From positions 2,418,001-2,482,000 of the forward strand of contig NW_026250404.1 of NCBI RefSeq assembly GCF_024521635.1: DNA of 64,000 nt, written 5' to 3'. A program made the translations under genes and the position numbers. The DNA comes from Tricharina praecox (Eukaryota). Shown piece by piece: positions 53,466 to 64,000 of the stretch (positions are counted from its first letter, which is position 1; each line of letters opens with the position of its first letter). The notes below the pieces were generated by a model. The model did not search any database. It was given only the letters and a program-made list of their open reading frames with translations, and was not told the origin of the DNA.

Positions 53466-55786
53466 CAGACCTGGGCCCAAATCTTGGGGCGGGTCTCTGG
53501 ACGGAACCGAGGCGACCGCGGACTTGCGGTGGCGTTCCTGCAGGTACATGCTGATATCTGCAGGTACCTCGTGATTCCTGCAGGTACTGATTCCTGTGTT
53601 GATGCTCCACCTAGCCCATTGCGCCTTCGGCGATTTCCTAGAAGGTTATACCTAATCCCAGTATCGCGGGCGTTAATCTGAGTTCACCAGCTGAAGTTTT
53701 ATGGTTTGAAGCGAAGTCTATACCCAGTACATTTATAGCCGACCCGTGGAGGGGTTAAGCATGAGGTCAGCTAAACGCGATATCTGCAGTTGCCTTCAAT
53801 ACCGTTAAGTATAACTCTAGCGATCTCAAAAACGAAGACAACTGCGCTCAGTGATTCGGTTCAACAAAGGGGTGGGAGGGTTTACGGCTTTTAGGGAGAT
53901 TCGAGGGAGAGTAACGGAAGGAGTCTGTGGTAGCACTACGGGCATGGAAGGCGGCCATTGTTCTTGAGTCTTTCCTTGTAACATTCGCAGATTTGATACT
54001 TTACATCGCCACAATAGCTGATGTTTGCGCCACGGCTCTGAACCGGAATTTGAGTATCGCTATAGATTCTTGCCTCCGGGTGCTGTCCCCATCTCACAGC
54101 CCAGTCGGTAGTTTCTGGTACCTGCGTGTGAACTGAGCTTGGCCGGGAAGTGCCCTGCCGCTCGGGTTGGGCTGAACCGTACATATCCATCTTCCCATTA
54201 AAACGATCTACCCTATAGTAGTCAGCTGCGGTCCGCGGTCGATGCTGACCGGTATCTATTGATGCTTGTATAGACGGACTGCGGGGGCTGCCGTCATCAG
54301 TTCTCATCTACATGTATCCGTGGACGGGACTGGACCGGCGCAGTCCAGACCGGTCTATCATGCGAGGAACGCAGGCCGTTTCCCTTGTATCTCCCTACGG
54401 TCTTAACTAGCCGCAATCTCCACCGGCGAGGAGAGAAATCTAGAGTACTCTACTCTATATAGAGTACATCTCTCTGAGAGAAGCTAAATTATGCGAAAGA
54501 CGCTACTATAAATCACGAGCCACAAACCCACACCACCAAATCCTCAGCTGCCCTCGCCACAAATAAATCAGGCGGGGTCAATAGGGGATATCTAGATGTA
54601 GAATCCCTTTAGCTAGGTATGCGAAAGATCGGAATGCGATGGCGAATGTTTCCGACCGGGCTAGGCACTAATATAGGTACCAGTAGATACTTTAGTGTGG
54701 CTGATATGACTGCAGAGTTCAGCTGTTCGCATCGTTGTCGGATGGGACCATGCAGTACCGTGATGACTGCGGATTTGGAGAAGAAATCAAGGCTTAAAGT
54801 TGCTGTTGCGATCAAACAAACCAAACATTACTCTCATAATCCTTCGTCAGGTCCATTGGTATGCACATACTTGCTCCAGGTGCTCAACGATTGTAGAAGT
54901 TGGCCAGATGTTCACGTTCGGTCAGTCTATGAGGGCAATATGTATAGTAGGTATGTACCTCCAACCAACCGAGCACTTGGTAACTCCATAGTATGGGTTT
55001 TAAGCTCCCGCAACCCAAGAAGATGCCGTCTTGTCGTTCAAGGTGGTTTGCGGGAAGGATTTTAAGGAGGTGTGTACCTGCATCACGGATGCGGTAGTAG
55101 TTAATGCTGTACCTATGTAGTTACCTAATTACGTGCTTGGGGCACTTTGGTGGGGGTTCCGGTGGTCCCGTATGTATTGTACTCTACTAGAGTAGGGAGT
55201 AGTTACTACGAATATCCGCACTGCTTGTCGCTTCGCTTCTTCTGAAAATTCTCAGCTGAAATCCTGAAGGTTTCCCCTTTTCCTGCTCGTTGACTAGTAA
55301 GGAGGTACCTACACAAAGGTCAGCGGCATGGGAGCTCGTAGTTCCGACGCCTGCAAATCTGTGAAACCCGCTGTTGTCCCCCGGTCGCTGATACTATCGC
55401 GTTACCGTATCGGTCTGTTGTCCAGATCAAAAATCCCTGACGCTACTCGCTTCGCTAATTGGAGCCAATCAACTACGCGAGTTTGCCACAAAATCCATGG
55501 AGGCAGTTCGGTTCGCTGCCATAGGGCTATTCCATAACGCGGCAAGGCGTAAAAGTACCGCGTCCATATGGTGAGATCATCATTGAGGGGCTCAAAGCAC
55601 CGATCTGAGTTTGTGGTTACAACGAGTATTATATATTCAGCACTGCGGCCTTGGATATGGAACTTTCTTCATCACTCAAGGCACATCGATTCGTTCTCCA
55701 CCACCTCCTCCTCCTTCAGAGTTGTCAGGTCTTGGGTTACAGAAGATATACCTAGTTCATTCTCAGCCTATCCAAGGGATTCGAAG

Positions 55787-56896
55787 ATGCATCACTTCTC
55801 CGCCCTCCTACCAGCACTTCTGCTGTCGCTGCTCGCAACGACAGCACTCGCATCCCCCCGACCGAACCACGACAATCCTCGTATCAGCTACCGTACCGTC
55901 ACTGTCACGAGGCATGCGCCAGCAAAGACGGTGGTGAACACCCGATATGCCACTACTACCGTCACTCGCTACGGCCAAGGCCCGGGCCGTACCGTCACGG
56001 TTACAGTTCCGACAACGAGGACGGTAACAGGAGGCGCAATCACAGTCACCCACACCAGCACGGTAGTGAAACCGGCGACGACGGTGGAGGTGACGCAGAC
56101 ACAGCAGATCACCCGCACGGAGCATCTGACCGCGACCGAAACCGAATCCATCTCGGTCACCGCAACCGCCACCGAGTCGGTTACAGTGACCCAGTCTGCT
56201 TCTACCATCACGGAATCCGCTACGGTTACCGACACCGAGTCCATTACGGTAACCCAGTCTGCTTCCACCATCACGGAATCCGCTACGGTTACCGACACCG
56301 CCACGATCACCGACACGGCCACGGTCACCGACACAGCCACCGAGACTACGGCGTTGACGGCAACTGAAACATCCGTCTCCTCGTTCACCACGACTGCCAC
56401 GGAAACCACCACCGTTACTACCACCTCCGAATCCGCGGCCCAATGCACTAACACATCTCCACTGAGAGACCCCGGCTTCGATAAACTAGCAGAGTACTGG
56501 GACTTCTCGACTAGTACTGCCGGTGGTACGTTGCGACGGGCGTCCGACTCAAATGCCCGCAGCGGCATCCTCGTGCTCTGGTCTTCTCTACCCGCGTCAA
56601 TCAACGGTGTCCATATGATCCGTCAAGCGATCGCCGTGTGTCCCGGTGCCACATACCGCTTCAGTGCGTGGACGCGCCAACTAAGCGCCACCTCTCAAAT
56701 GATCGCGACTTTCGTCATCAATGGGAATTTGGTAGCCAGGACAACCGCTCCGGTGATGGCCTGGACTGAGGTCACTGGGACCTGGACAGCACCTTTGGCG
56801 GGGAGTGGCGCGGCCCTCTTTGGGATTCAGTTTTCGGGCCCTACTGCAGTGACAAGGGATATGATAGTCGATGATGTTGTGCTGCAGATGGTGTAG
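55787..56896 (+). CDS. Secreted Thr-rich (mucin-like) protein with C-terminal CBM4/9-like beta-sandwich domain, 369 aa
   Basis: Signal peptide MHHFSALLPALLLSLLATTALA; TVT repeats including a duplicated 63-bp unit; domain LRDPGFD..W..IRQAIAVCPGATYRFSAW..WT...VDDVVL. Confidence 0.85.
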   Translation: MHHFSALLPALLLSLLATTALASPRPNHDNPRISYRTVTVTRHAPAKTVVNTRYATTTVTRYGQGPGRTVTVTVPTTRTVTGGAITVTHTSTVVKPATTVEVTQTQQITRTEHLTATETESISVTATATESVTVTQSASTITESATVTDTESITVTQSASTITESATVTDTATITDTATVTDTATETTALTATETSVSSFTTTATETTTVTTTSESAAQCTNTSPLRDPGFDKLAEYWDFSTSTAGGTLRRASDSNARSGILVLWSSLPASINGVHMIRQAIAVCPGATYRFSAWTRQLSATSQMIATFVINGNLVARTTAPVMAWTEVTGTWTAPLAGSGAALFGIQFSGPTAVTRDMIVDDVVLQMV

Positions 56897-57524
56897 TAGT
56901 TCTCTTGGAAGCAAAGGTTGGCGGATGAGAGCTAGGATGCAGGAGGAAAATGGGGGATGCGAGAGGGACTCAGTAATACATATTTGCGGGAGGAGATGGG
57001 GGGAGAAAGGGATTTAGCATACAACAGGCCCAGGGCTGTTGATAGGTTTTATTTGGGACAAACAATTTGCCTATGTAACTACATTAAGTACTTACATACA
57101 TACCTACATACATCATAATACATAAGTACCTATGCAAAGAGCCAGCTATTTACATAACGTATGAAACCCACATCGGTGATCATTGTGAATATGGTCTCCT
57201 CATGCACTATACCATCCTCGCAATACGCCAACTGCATATGACTCTCAGTCGTCCGCCCGAGCCACAGCTGGCTACCGTCATTAACGGACCATCCATAATG
57301 ATCGTCATTTTTCGGTCGATGACTTTGCTGCGCTGAATTCCGACGTGCTTAATACTTACCTAGGTACCATCCCGCGCCTCTAAGTTGACAGCTATCACCG
57401 AGATACGGACGAATACCTGGTACATGCCATGGCAAGGAGAACTATTTGGACAACAAGGATACATGCTCCGACCATCTACGATGTTGTGGCAGTGTGGCAA
57501 TGTGACGATGTGGCGAAGTGCGGT

Positions 57525-57780
57525 GGGCTAGCAGAGGAAACGGATGTGGTTAGGTTAGCTAGCGGGGAGGGAGCCAACTTAAGCTGGGACCCGGGAAGCT
57601 TCTTCGTCCCTTTCTTCATCACCTATCGAATGGACGGTCAACCTTTATCTCCTTTCTCTCCAGGGTGTGTTATCCTTTGCTCGTCCCGCTTGTCGGCCTG
57701 GAGAGGTATTGGCAAAAAACCCCTTGTAAAAATGGCACCGATAAGTCGAAGCCTCCAGTACTAGTCGCCAACTCCTTCCA
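57525..57780. repeat. Dispersed repeat family A, copy 3
   Basis: gaggaaacggatgtggttaggttag ... catcacctatcgaatggacggtcaacc ... ggcctggagaggtattggcaaa ... ccgataag..cctccagtac. Confidence 0.7.
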
Positions 57781-58490
57781 GTACTATGCGAAAACCCTGT
57801 TGGCGGGGTACGGGGGTAATTCGTGTATGATATATAGGTGATGATTTATGCATGAATAAATTCATGTTGGAAATGGTCATTGGATATTTGAGTCGAAAAA
57901 GCTGCGATGTCAAAACTCCGAGAATAATATCGCATTTCTAAAATAACCTCCGACCACCGAAAGGGAGGGGCCTGGGCCTGGAGGATACGATTTCTCTAAA
58001 TATAGCTGTAAGTTGGTATATCGTCCCATCATATGTACTCTACTCCGGTCCATTGCTTCTAAGAGCTTCCGGTCTCTCAGACCCTTGCGGACCGATCTAC
58101 AGAATCCATCATGTAATCAATCTTGTTTCAGAGTACGGATGTTGCCGCAATGATTATAGTGATAGTGCGATGGGCCTGTACGAAAGTGAAACGAAAATAT
58201 CGTTCGGTGTGAAAAAAAAGCTTCGTTCCAGAGTCAATTCCATGGAACAACATCAAAAACCAAGAATTGCTTTAGGCGTACTAGATCACTCGACTTTGGT
58301 AACCAGTGTCTGGCCAGAAGTTTTCTCGATATATAGCTATAAAATACAGTAATACGAATGAAAGTTCCTCTTCCCCTCCGCTGTCACTTGACACGTGCCT
58401 CTTGTCTCCCATTCCATCGAGTGACATATTATGACGACGCACCTGGCCTTCCCCGTGTCTAGCTATTCCAATCCCTCTCCCTTTTTTTTC

Positions 58491-59315
58491 TCAAGCACCA
58501 ACCATCTGCTTCACGAAATTGGCAGCGGCGGTAGCATCCGAGCCGTAAGTCAAGTGAGCCGGCAGGATCACGCTGGTTCCGGCACAGATAAGATCCCCGA
58601 CGTTGCAGAACGTCTTGGTCTTGGCCTGGAGCGCACCCCAGGAGTCACCGTTGTTTGGGTCACCGAAGAGTACAATGGCCCCAATACTACTCTGCGCAGC
58701 GCCCAGCTGGTTGACGGCCTTGCGGGCGACTTGGGCCCCTTGACTGTCGTTCCCGGGAACGAATTAGCGACTGATCTGGATGCGCCCAGCTTGGGATGGA
58801 TGGATGGAGTTCTAACCTGTAGCCGGACATGACAAGCTTGGTGTCTGGGCAGTTTGTGATGGCGGTTTGAGCATACTGAGCCATGTTCTTTGCGCCGTCG
58901 CTGCTGCCGCCAGCCAAGAAACCGACGACCTGGATCGTGATGTCCCGTATTAGAAGCTTCTCCCATAAGGAAGCGACCCCCAAAAGGGGAAACTCACATC
59001 GGCGGGATAGTCGACCCCCTGGACGGCGATACTGCCAACAGCCTTATCGATGGCGGTAAAGAACGGGGGACCAGCAATAGATCCAACGTTGCCTAGTCAC
59101 CGGCTTAGTTCAAAGTTGCCCCCGGGGAAAGGAGATGAAGACGAACCTAGTTCGGTGGTGCCACGGGCGAAGATGACAGTGACGGGCGCACACTTGCGGC
59201 TCTTGACGTCGTTGCGCGAGCTGCTCAGTGATTGCCGGGCTTCGAGCTCCCCGGCAGGGGCGGCGAGCGCGGTGGTTGCCGCGAAGATAAGACCGAGGGT
59301 GGCGAGGAAGTGCAT
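58491..59315 (-). CDS. Cutinase (CE5), paralog 1, 4 exons, 209 aa
   Basis: Signal peptide; VIFARGTTE, CPDTKLVMSGYS|QGAQ, LFGDP, CNVGDLIC, AHLTY; introns 59146-59093, 58997-58930 and 58816-58744; exon sum 630 nt. Confidence 0.95.
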
Positions 59316-62300
59316 ATTTGTTGGAAGTTTTTAGGGAGTGAATGAATGTTTATTGCTACCAGGCAATCGATGGATAGAAAATGAATGAATGGCAGGCTGA
59401 TATGACACTTGGAACTCCAGGTAGTAGGCTGTGCTGCTGCTTGTGGAGCTTCAACAACACTGGGGAGTACGTAGGGTGTTCTTATACTCGGATTATTCTT
59501 TTTCGTTTTTGTCCTCATCGTGCGTTCGTGTCATTCATTTCACTTCATCGTCTTTCGATAAGAGTCCGAGATACCGAATACCGAGGCAGTTTTAATCCTA
59601 TCTCAGTATCCACTGATATCTCTGGCTTTCGTATGAGGAGCGGGGGGGGCACCTAGGCGAAGAATGGAATATGGATTATAGGAGAGGCGGCGGCGGGGGG
59701 GGGGGGGGGGGGGGGGGGGAAGGTTCCAGCAGACCAAGTGCCTCAATAATTAAGAAACCCTGAAGTCCCTTTAGTCGTGATTTGGCCGGGGGAGGACATT
59801 TATCCAATAATGCGGCGGCATAAGATCGACTATTCGGAGTATCAAGCATATGAGGAAAATTAATAATATTAAAAATCCGCTGACAGCGCATAGTGGGCCA
59901 AGCTGTTCGAGGCTGTCGTCCCGGATTCACGGAATTCATTGCGCCGAATGATGTTCTCGGCGCATGGAATGCACCAAAGTCTCCTGCCTGTCGGCTTCAC
60001 TTGATGGTCACTGAAGCAAGGTTAGCAAAGCCAATACCCATTTACTCCCGCCGGTTTCATAGCAACAAGTGAAGCGGCGGCGACATTCGGACCTTCTACA
60101 GTTGACCGACACTAGATCTTTCGATTCGACGGCCACAGGGTTGCTCTTGGCTAATTAAGTAATAGAAGATACACATGTACTTAAGAGAAGGAGGCGGAGA
60201 TTGTGTGGGGAATTCTAAGGTGCGCGACTCAGTTGCGGGGGATGCATCGATAATGGGGTGGATGCATCGATAGTGGGGTGGATGAACAAACGTACTCTAA
60301 ACAAGCGAGCGGTCCAACCATACTATACCTAGGCAACTCTCTACGTATCCTGAGTTACTCTGTCCACGGATGGCCTTGTCTGGTGGCCGTCGGGAAACCC
60401 AAGTGATGCCACGGCGACACGTGAGAGCCGGATGGTTCGAGACGAAAGGAATGGCCGTCATATATTCCATTGCCGTGGGGCCAACCTCAACCGTGCGCCA
60501 AGTCCGGGAGGCCGCCGAGTTGGATCCGGGCCGGCTGAAAGCCGTGACAGGGGCAATTCTGTCTGTGAGTTGCCAGCCGCTAGCCATATGGGTAAACGGT
60601 GAGATGAAAACACTGAAAATCATCACCTGCCTCTTGGTTTCGCAGATCGGCCAAGCCCAACCAAACAGCAATCTGAAAGGCATGCAGTATGGAGTCGTAG
60701 CGAAGCTCTAGCTCCAGCCCCAGCGTGAAGGTGATTCTCATCCCAAATCGCAGGCGGTAGACTTGGCATCTGCTCTGCCCCGCGACCACCGGCCACCACT
60801 GGCGGTGGGCAGCCAAATAGAATATCTACCGGTAGTTTGGTCAGTCTGCGTGATCCACGGCGACCAAGGTAGTCAACTGTATCCATTCGACATCGACCGA
60901 GGTAGCAACGGTGTGTCCGGACGAGCGAGCTTCTTACGCCTTAGCTTACATTGTGCCCGGTCAAAGCAACCTCCATTCTGCTCTGAAGTATGCGGATGCT
61001 TGTCTCTATGCCTACATAGCGCCGAAGAATACGGGTGCCGCGCTTCACCCAGGAAGCCTTCAAAAACAGCGGCCCAGAGATTCGGAAAACATGGTAATTC
61101 TGCAGCTCCATGCGTATACAATCGGGACGACCTGGAGATGTGACACTAAGCATTACCGGGCGTTGACCTCTGCCAGTTTATACGGCAGGTGGATGCGGGT
61201 ACCTGTAGTAGTTGAATAGACTCCTCCCTTTAAGATAGGTAAGCATTGGAGAGAAAGCTTTTGAGAATAGGTGAGCGTTTGTGTGCTTCATGGTCTCGTG
61301 AAACGCTGCGCCATTGACCGAGGATCAACATCCAAGCGTGGCGGTAAGCCATCGTCCCAACGCTTGAGATTTACCGCATGTTAGTATCCGCGAGACAGTA
61401 GTAGAGCTGCAGGTGTATTTCGGAAATTTTGAGCGGAGGCAAGCAGGATGTTGTCGATGGCATGTAAACCAAGTTTCCGGAATTCCGTACCAAGGAAACT
61501 GTCCTATTAGGAGATATGCACAGTTCGCAATATACGTGTTCAGATTTTGGAGTTGAAATACGGCCGTATTCGTAAATAAGAAATTATGGAAAGGGGAGGC
61601 GGTCTAAGTACGAACACATTTGTTGCCAATAAATTACGGGGAGAGGGGGGAGTTGACGTATAAACGTATTTGTTGCCCATAAAGTAGGGGAAGAGGATTA
61701 AGGTGCAATCTTTCTCGTAGCTGCATATATATAGAGCCTATAAGAACGTTGCGCGTAGAGGGATACTCTACTTATCTTGGTTTCGCAATATGACGGAAAC
61801 TCGGAACGCGGGAAAGCGATCAGCCCTGGTCCCGCTTTGCAGCAAGTGGCCAGGCCCTCGAGGCTTTAGTATAATAGCCCTGTGGATCTCGATTTTACCT
61901 CGAACCCCTCACAGAGTCCGCATCTCCTAGACCTCTTTCCATCCAGACCCCATGATGTCCGCTGCCCGTATCCTGCGACATCCAACGTCGTTTCATAATG
62001 GAGTCGCGATGCCCCAGCCCCACAAACCCCTGTGCCAGAAGTAGTCCTCCTTTCCATTGTCCATATTTTGTACTTCCCATGGCCGTTTTTCTCTTGCCTT
62101 GCTCCGCATGATTCCCTGGCTTTCACATCCTTTCTCCTGCGACCTCCCAGGTCGGCTCCTCTCCCGGCCACCTCATGGTGGAAACTTCTTTGCCGCCGGT
62201 AAGACACGTAGATTCATACTGATGATGTAGAGGTCCGCTTATCAAGCCTCGTGATCCCGGTGAGATTTCGCGCGAAGTTTACTACCTAGTACGTTTCACC

Positions 62301-63020
62301 GTGTGGTGGCCAGAGAACGGCGAAGGCGATCGGCCCGAAAGAATTGTTTCAGGTTCCTCCCGAGGCCATTGCCGGGGGTTGTGAGTCAGTCCCGAACATC
62401 GATGAGCAGGGGGTATATAAAGCCAAGGTACTCTACATACATAAGACTGCGACGAGATTATGTAGCTGCCAAATTCAGGGATTAGGATGATCGGGAATCC
62501 CCACCCTCGCCTACCCTCCTGTTTCATAAAACTTCCGAGCGAAACTCAATTGTAGACTAGTACTCTGCAGGCGCTCGGACTATCAAAATGTTTGGGTGAA
62601 GACATTGTGGCACGAATTCATGGCACCGACGAACCGGGGGACATCTGTCACCCGATGGAACCCAGGGAACAAAGGAGGCACGGCAGTGCGGTTGAAGCGT
62701 ACACAAACATGTCCATCATTGAGTGCTGCAGTGAATGATGAGAGACCTAGAAACTAGATCGTAGTCACGGGTGAACTTCTGCAGGTGAGACTTATGTTGC
62801 ACCGAAAATCACGCGAGAGGCCCTCCTCCGTAGATAATGCTGTGCACAGCGTATATTTTCTTCGGTATAGGCGTTCCAGCACCCTACAAACCCAGAGAAT
62901 CTTTCCACACATTCAGCACTCTGGCTCCCATTGCATCTTTGTTGCCCCTCCCCCGTCCCCACCCCCGACCATTCCACCTTCCTCTGATCGATCCCCCACG
63001 TCCCTCGATCACTCGTGTAC

Positions 63021-63775
63021 CTAACCGATCTGGCTCTTGACAAAGCTCGCAGCCGCAGTGGCATCGCTACCGTAACCGAGATGTGCGGCCAGGATGATAC
63101 TCTGTCCAGCGCAGATAAGATCACCGGTCGCGCAGAAGGTCTTCGTCTTGGACTGCAGATCGCCCCAGGAGTCCCCGTTGTTTGGGTCGCCGAAGAGTAC
63201 GATCGCAACTACCTTGGCCTCAGCGGTTCCAAGTTGAGCGGCTGCCTTGCGTGTGACTTGGGCGCCCTGACTGTAGCCCGACAGGACGAGTTTGGTGTCC
63301 GGGCAGTTTGTGATGGCGGTTTGAGCGTACTGAGCCATGTTCTTTGCGCCGTCGCTGCTGCCGCCAGCCAAGAAACCGGCAACCTGGAGATTCCATCAGC
63401 AAATACAGCACGATTGAGGGGGGGTGGTAAAGAGGAGGCCTCCACTCACATCAGCGGGGTAGTCGACGCCCTGCACAGCCGTGGTTCCGACGGCTTTATC
63501 CAACGCGGTGAAGAAAGGTGGTCCGGCGATGCTTCCGACGTTTCCTTCATCACCTTAGCATTAGCTACTTTGCCCTCACTTGGAACTTCGCCGTTCACTA
63601 GGGTGACTTTACCAGCCTCTGTGGTTCCACGGGCATAGATGACCGTCACTGCTGCACACTTCTTGTTCTTAACATCGTTGCGTGAGCTGCTTAGCTGTCG
63701 GGCCTCCAGCTTGGTGGGAGCTGCAAGAGAGGTGGCCACGAAGGCAATGCTGACAAGGCTGACGAGGAACTTCAT
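63021..63775 (-). CDS. Cutinase (CE5), paralog 2, 3 exons, 206 aa
   Basis: Signal peptide; VIYARGTTE, GYSQGAQ, LFGDP, CATGDLIC, AHLGY; introns 63612-63545 and 63449-63384; exon sum 621 nt. Confidence 0.95.
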
Positions 63776-64000
63776 GGTGGATCAGGACGAATGGACAAGA
63801 GTTTGAAGGAATGCGAGAGTCGTGAGTGACGAATGAAAGTGTTGCGGATGCCGATGCTGATGTAGGTCTGGAAGAAAATGGGACGCAAACCACACCTTTA
63901 TATCCTCGTCCTCCATTTCCTTCTTGCCCCACATCCCGTGTGATGTCGCTCTAACTGGCAGAATACCTACTACTAGTAGATGCGATAAGAGAAGGACCAC

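Noticed and set aside
52776..53549. 176-aa and 181-aa ORFs on opposite strands
   Set aside because: No motifs, the plus ORF has a non-ATG start, and the minus ORF overlaps repeat family A; probably non-coding or decayed
60297..61219. Short ORFs between the cutinases
   Set aside because: No family similarity or coherent gene structure visible

Overview
Eukaryotic DNA from a filamentous ascomycete. This is inferred from short 50-115 nt introns with CTRAY branch points and from fungal-type gene families; the species cannot be determined. About 22 gene models can be reconstructed by hand: an RBR/IBR E3 ligase, a DHA1 MFS transporter with a GC-AG intron, a PTH11-like membrane protein, a DUF3176-like protein, GH3 and GH43 glycosidases, a type-B carboxylesterase, two paralogous cutinases, a cytochrome P450, several secreted or orphan proteins, and 4-hydroxyphenylpyruvate dioxygenase (HPPD). 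Two things stand out. (1) HPPD is head-to-head with a clear TTC36-like TPR gene across a 467-bp shared promoter. This suggests that the fungal HppD accessory factor HmgX and the mammalian HPD stabiliser TTC36 are one ancient module, present here without the rest of the tyrosine-catabolism cluster. (2) A five-exon orphan gene of about 1665 aa, split in the ORF track, combines a Ulp1-like (C48) protease core with a variant His-Asn-Cys triad, a Lys/Glu/Ala repeat stalk and a C-terminal C2HC zinc finger. Two families of dispersed degenerate non-coding repeats, both carrying splice-like signals, were also seen. No rRNA, tRNA, CRISPR array or intact transposase was found. All family calls come from motif recognition by eye; no database searches were run.
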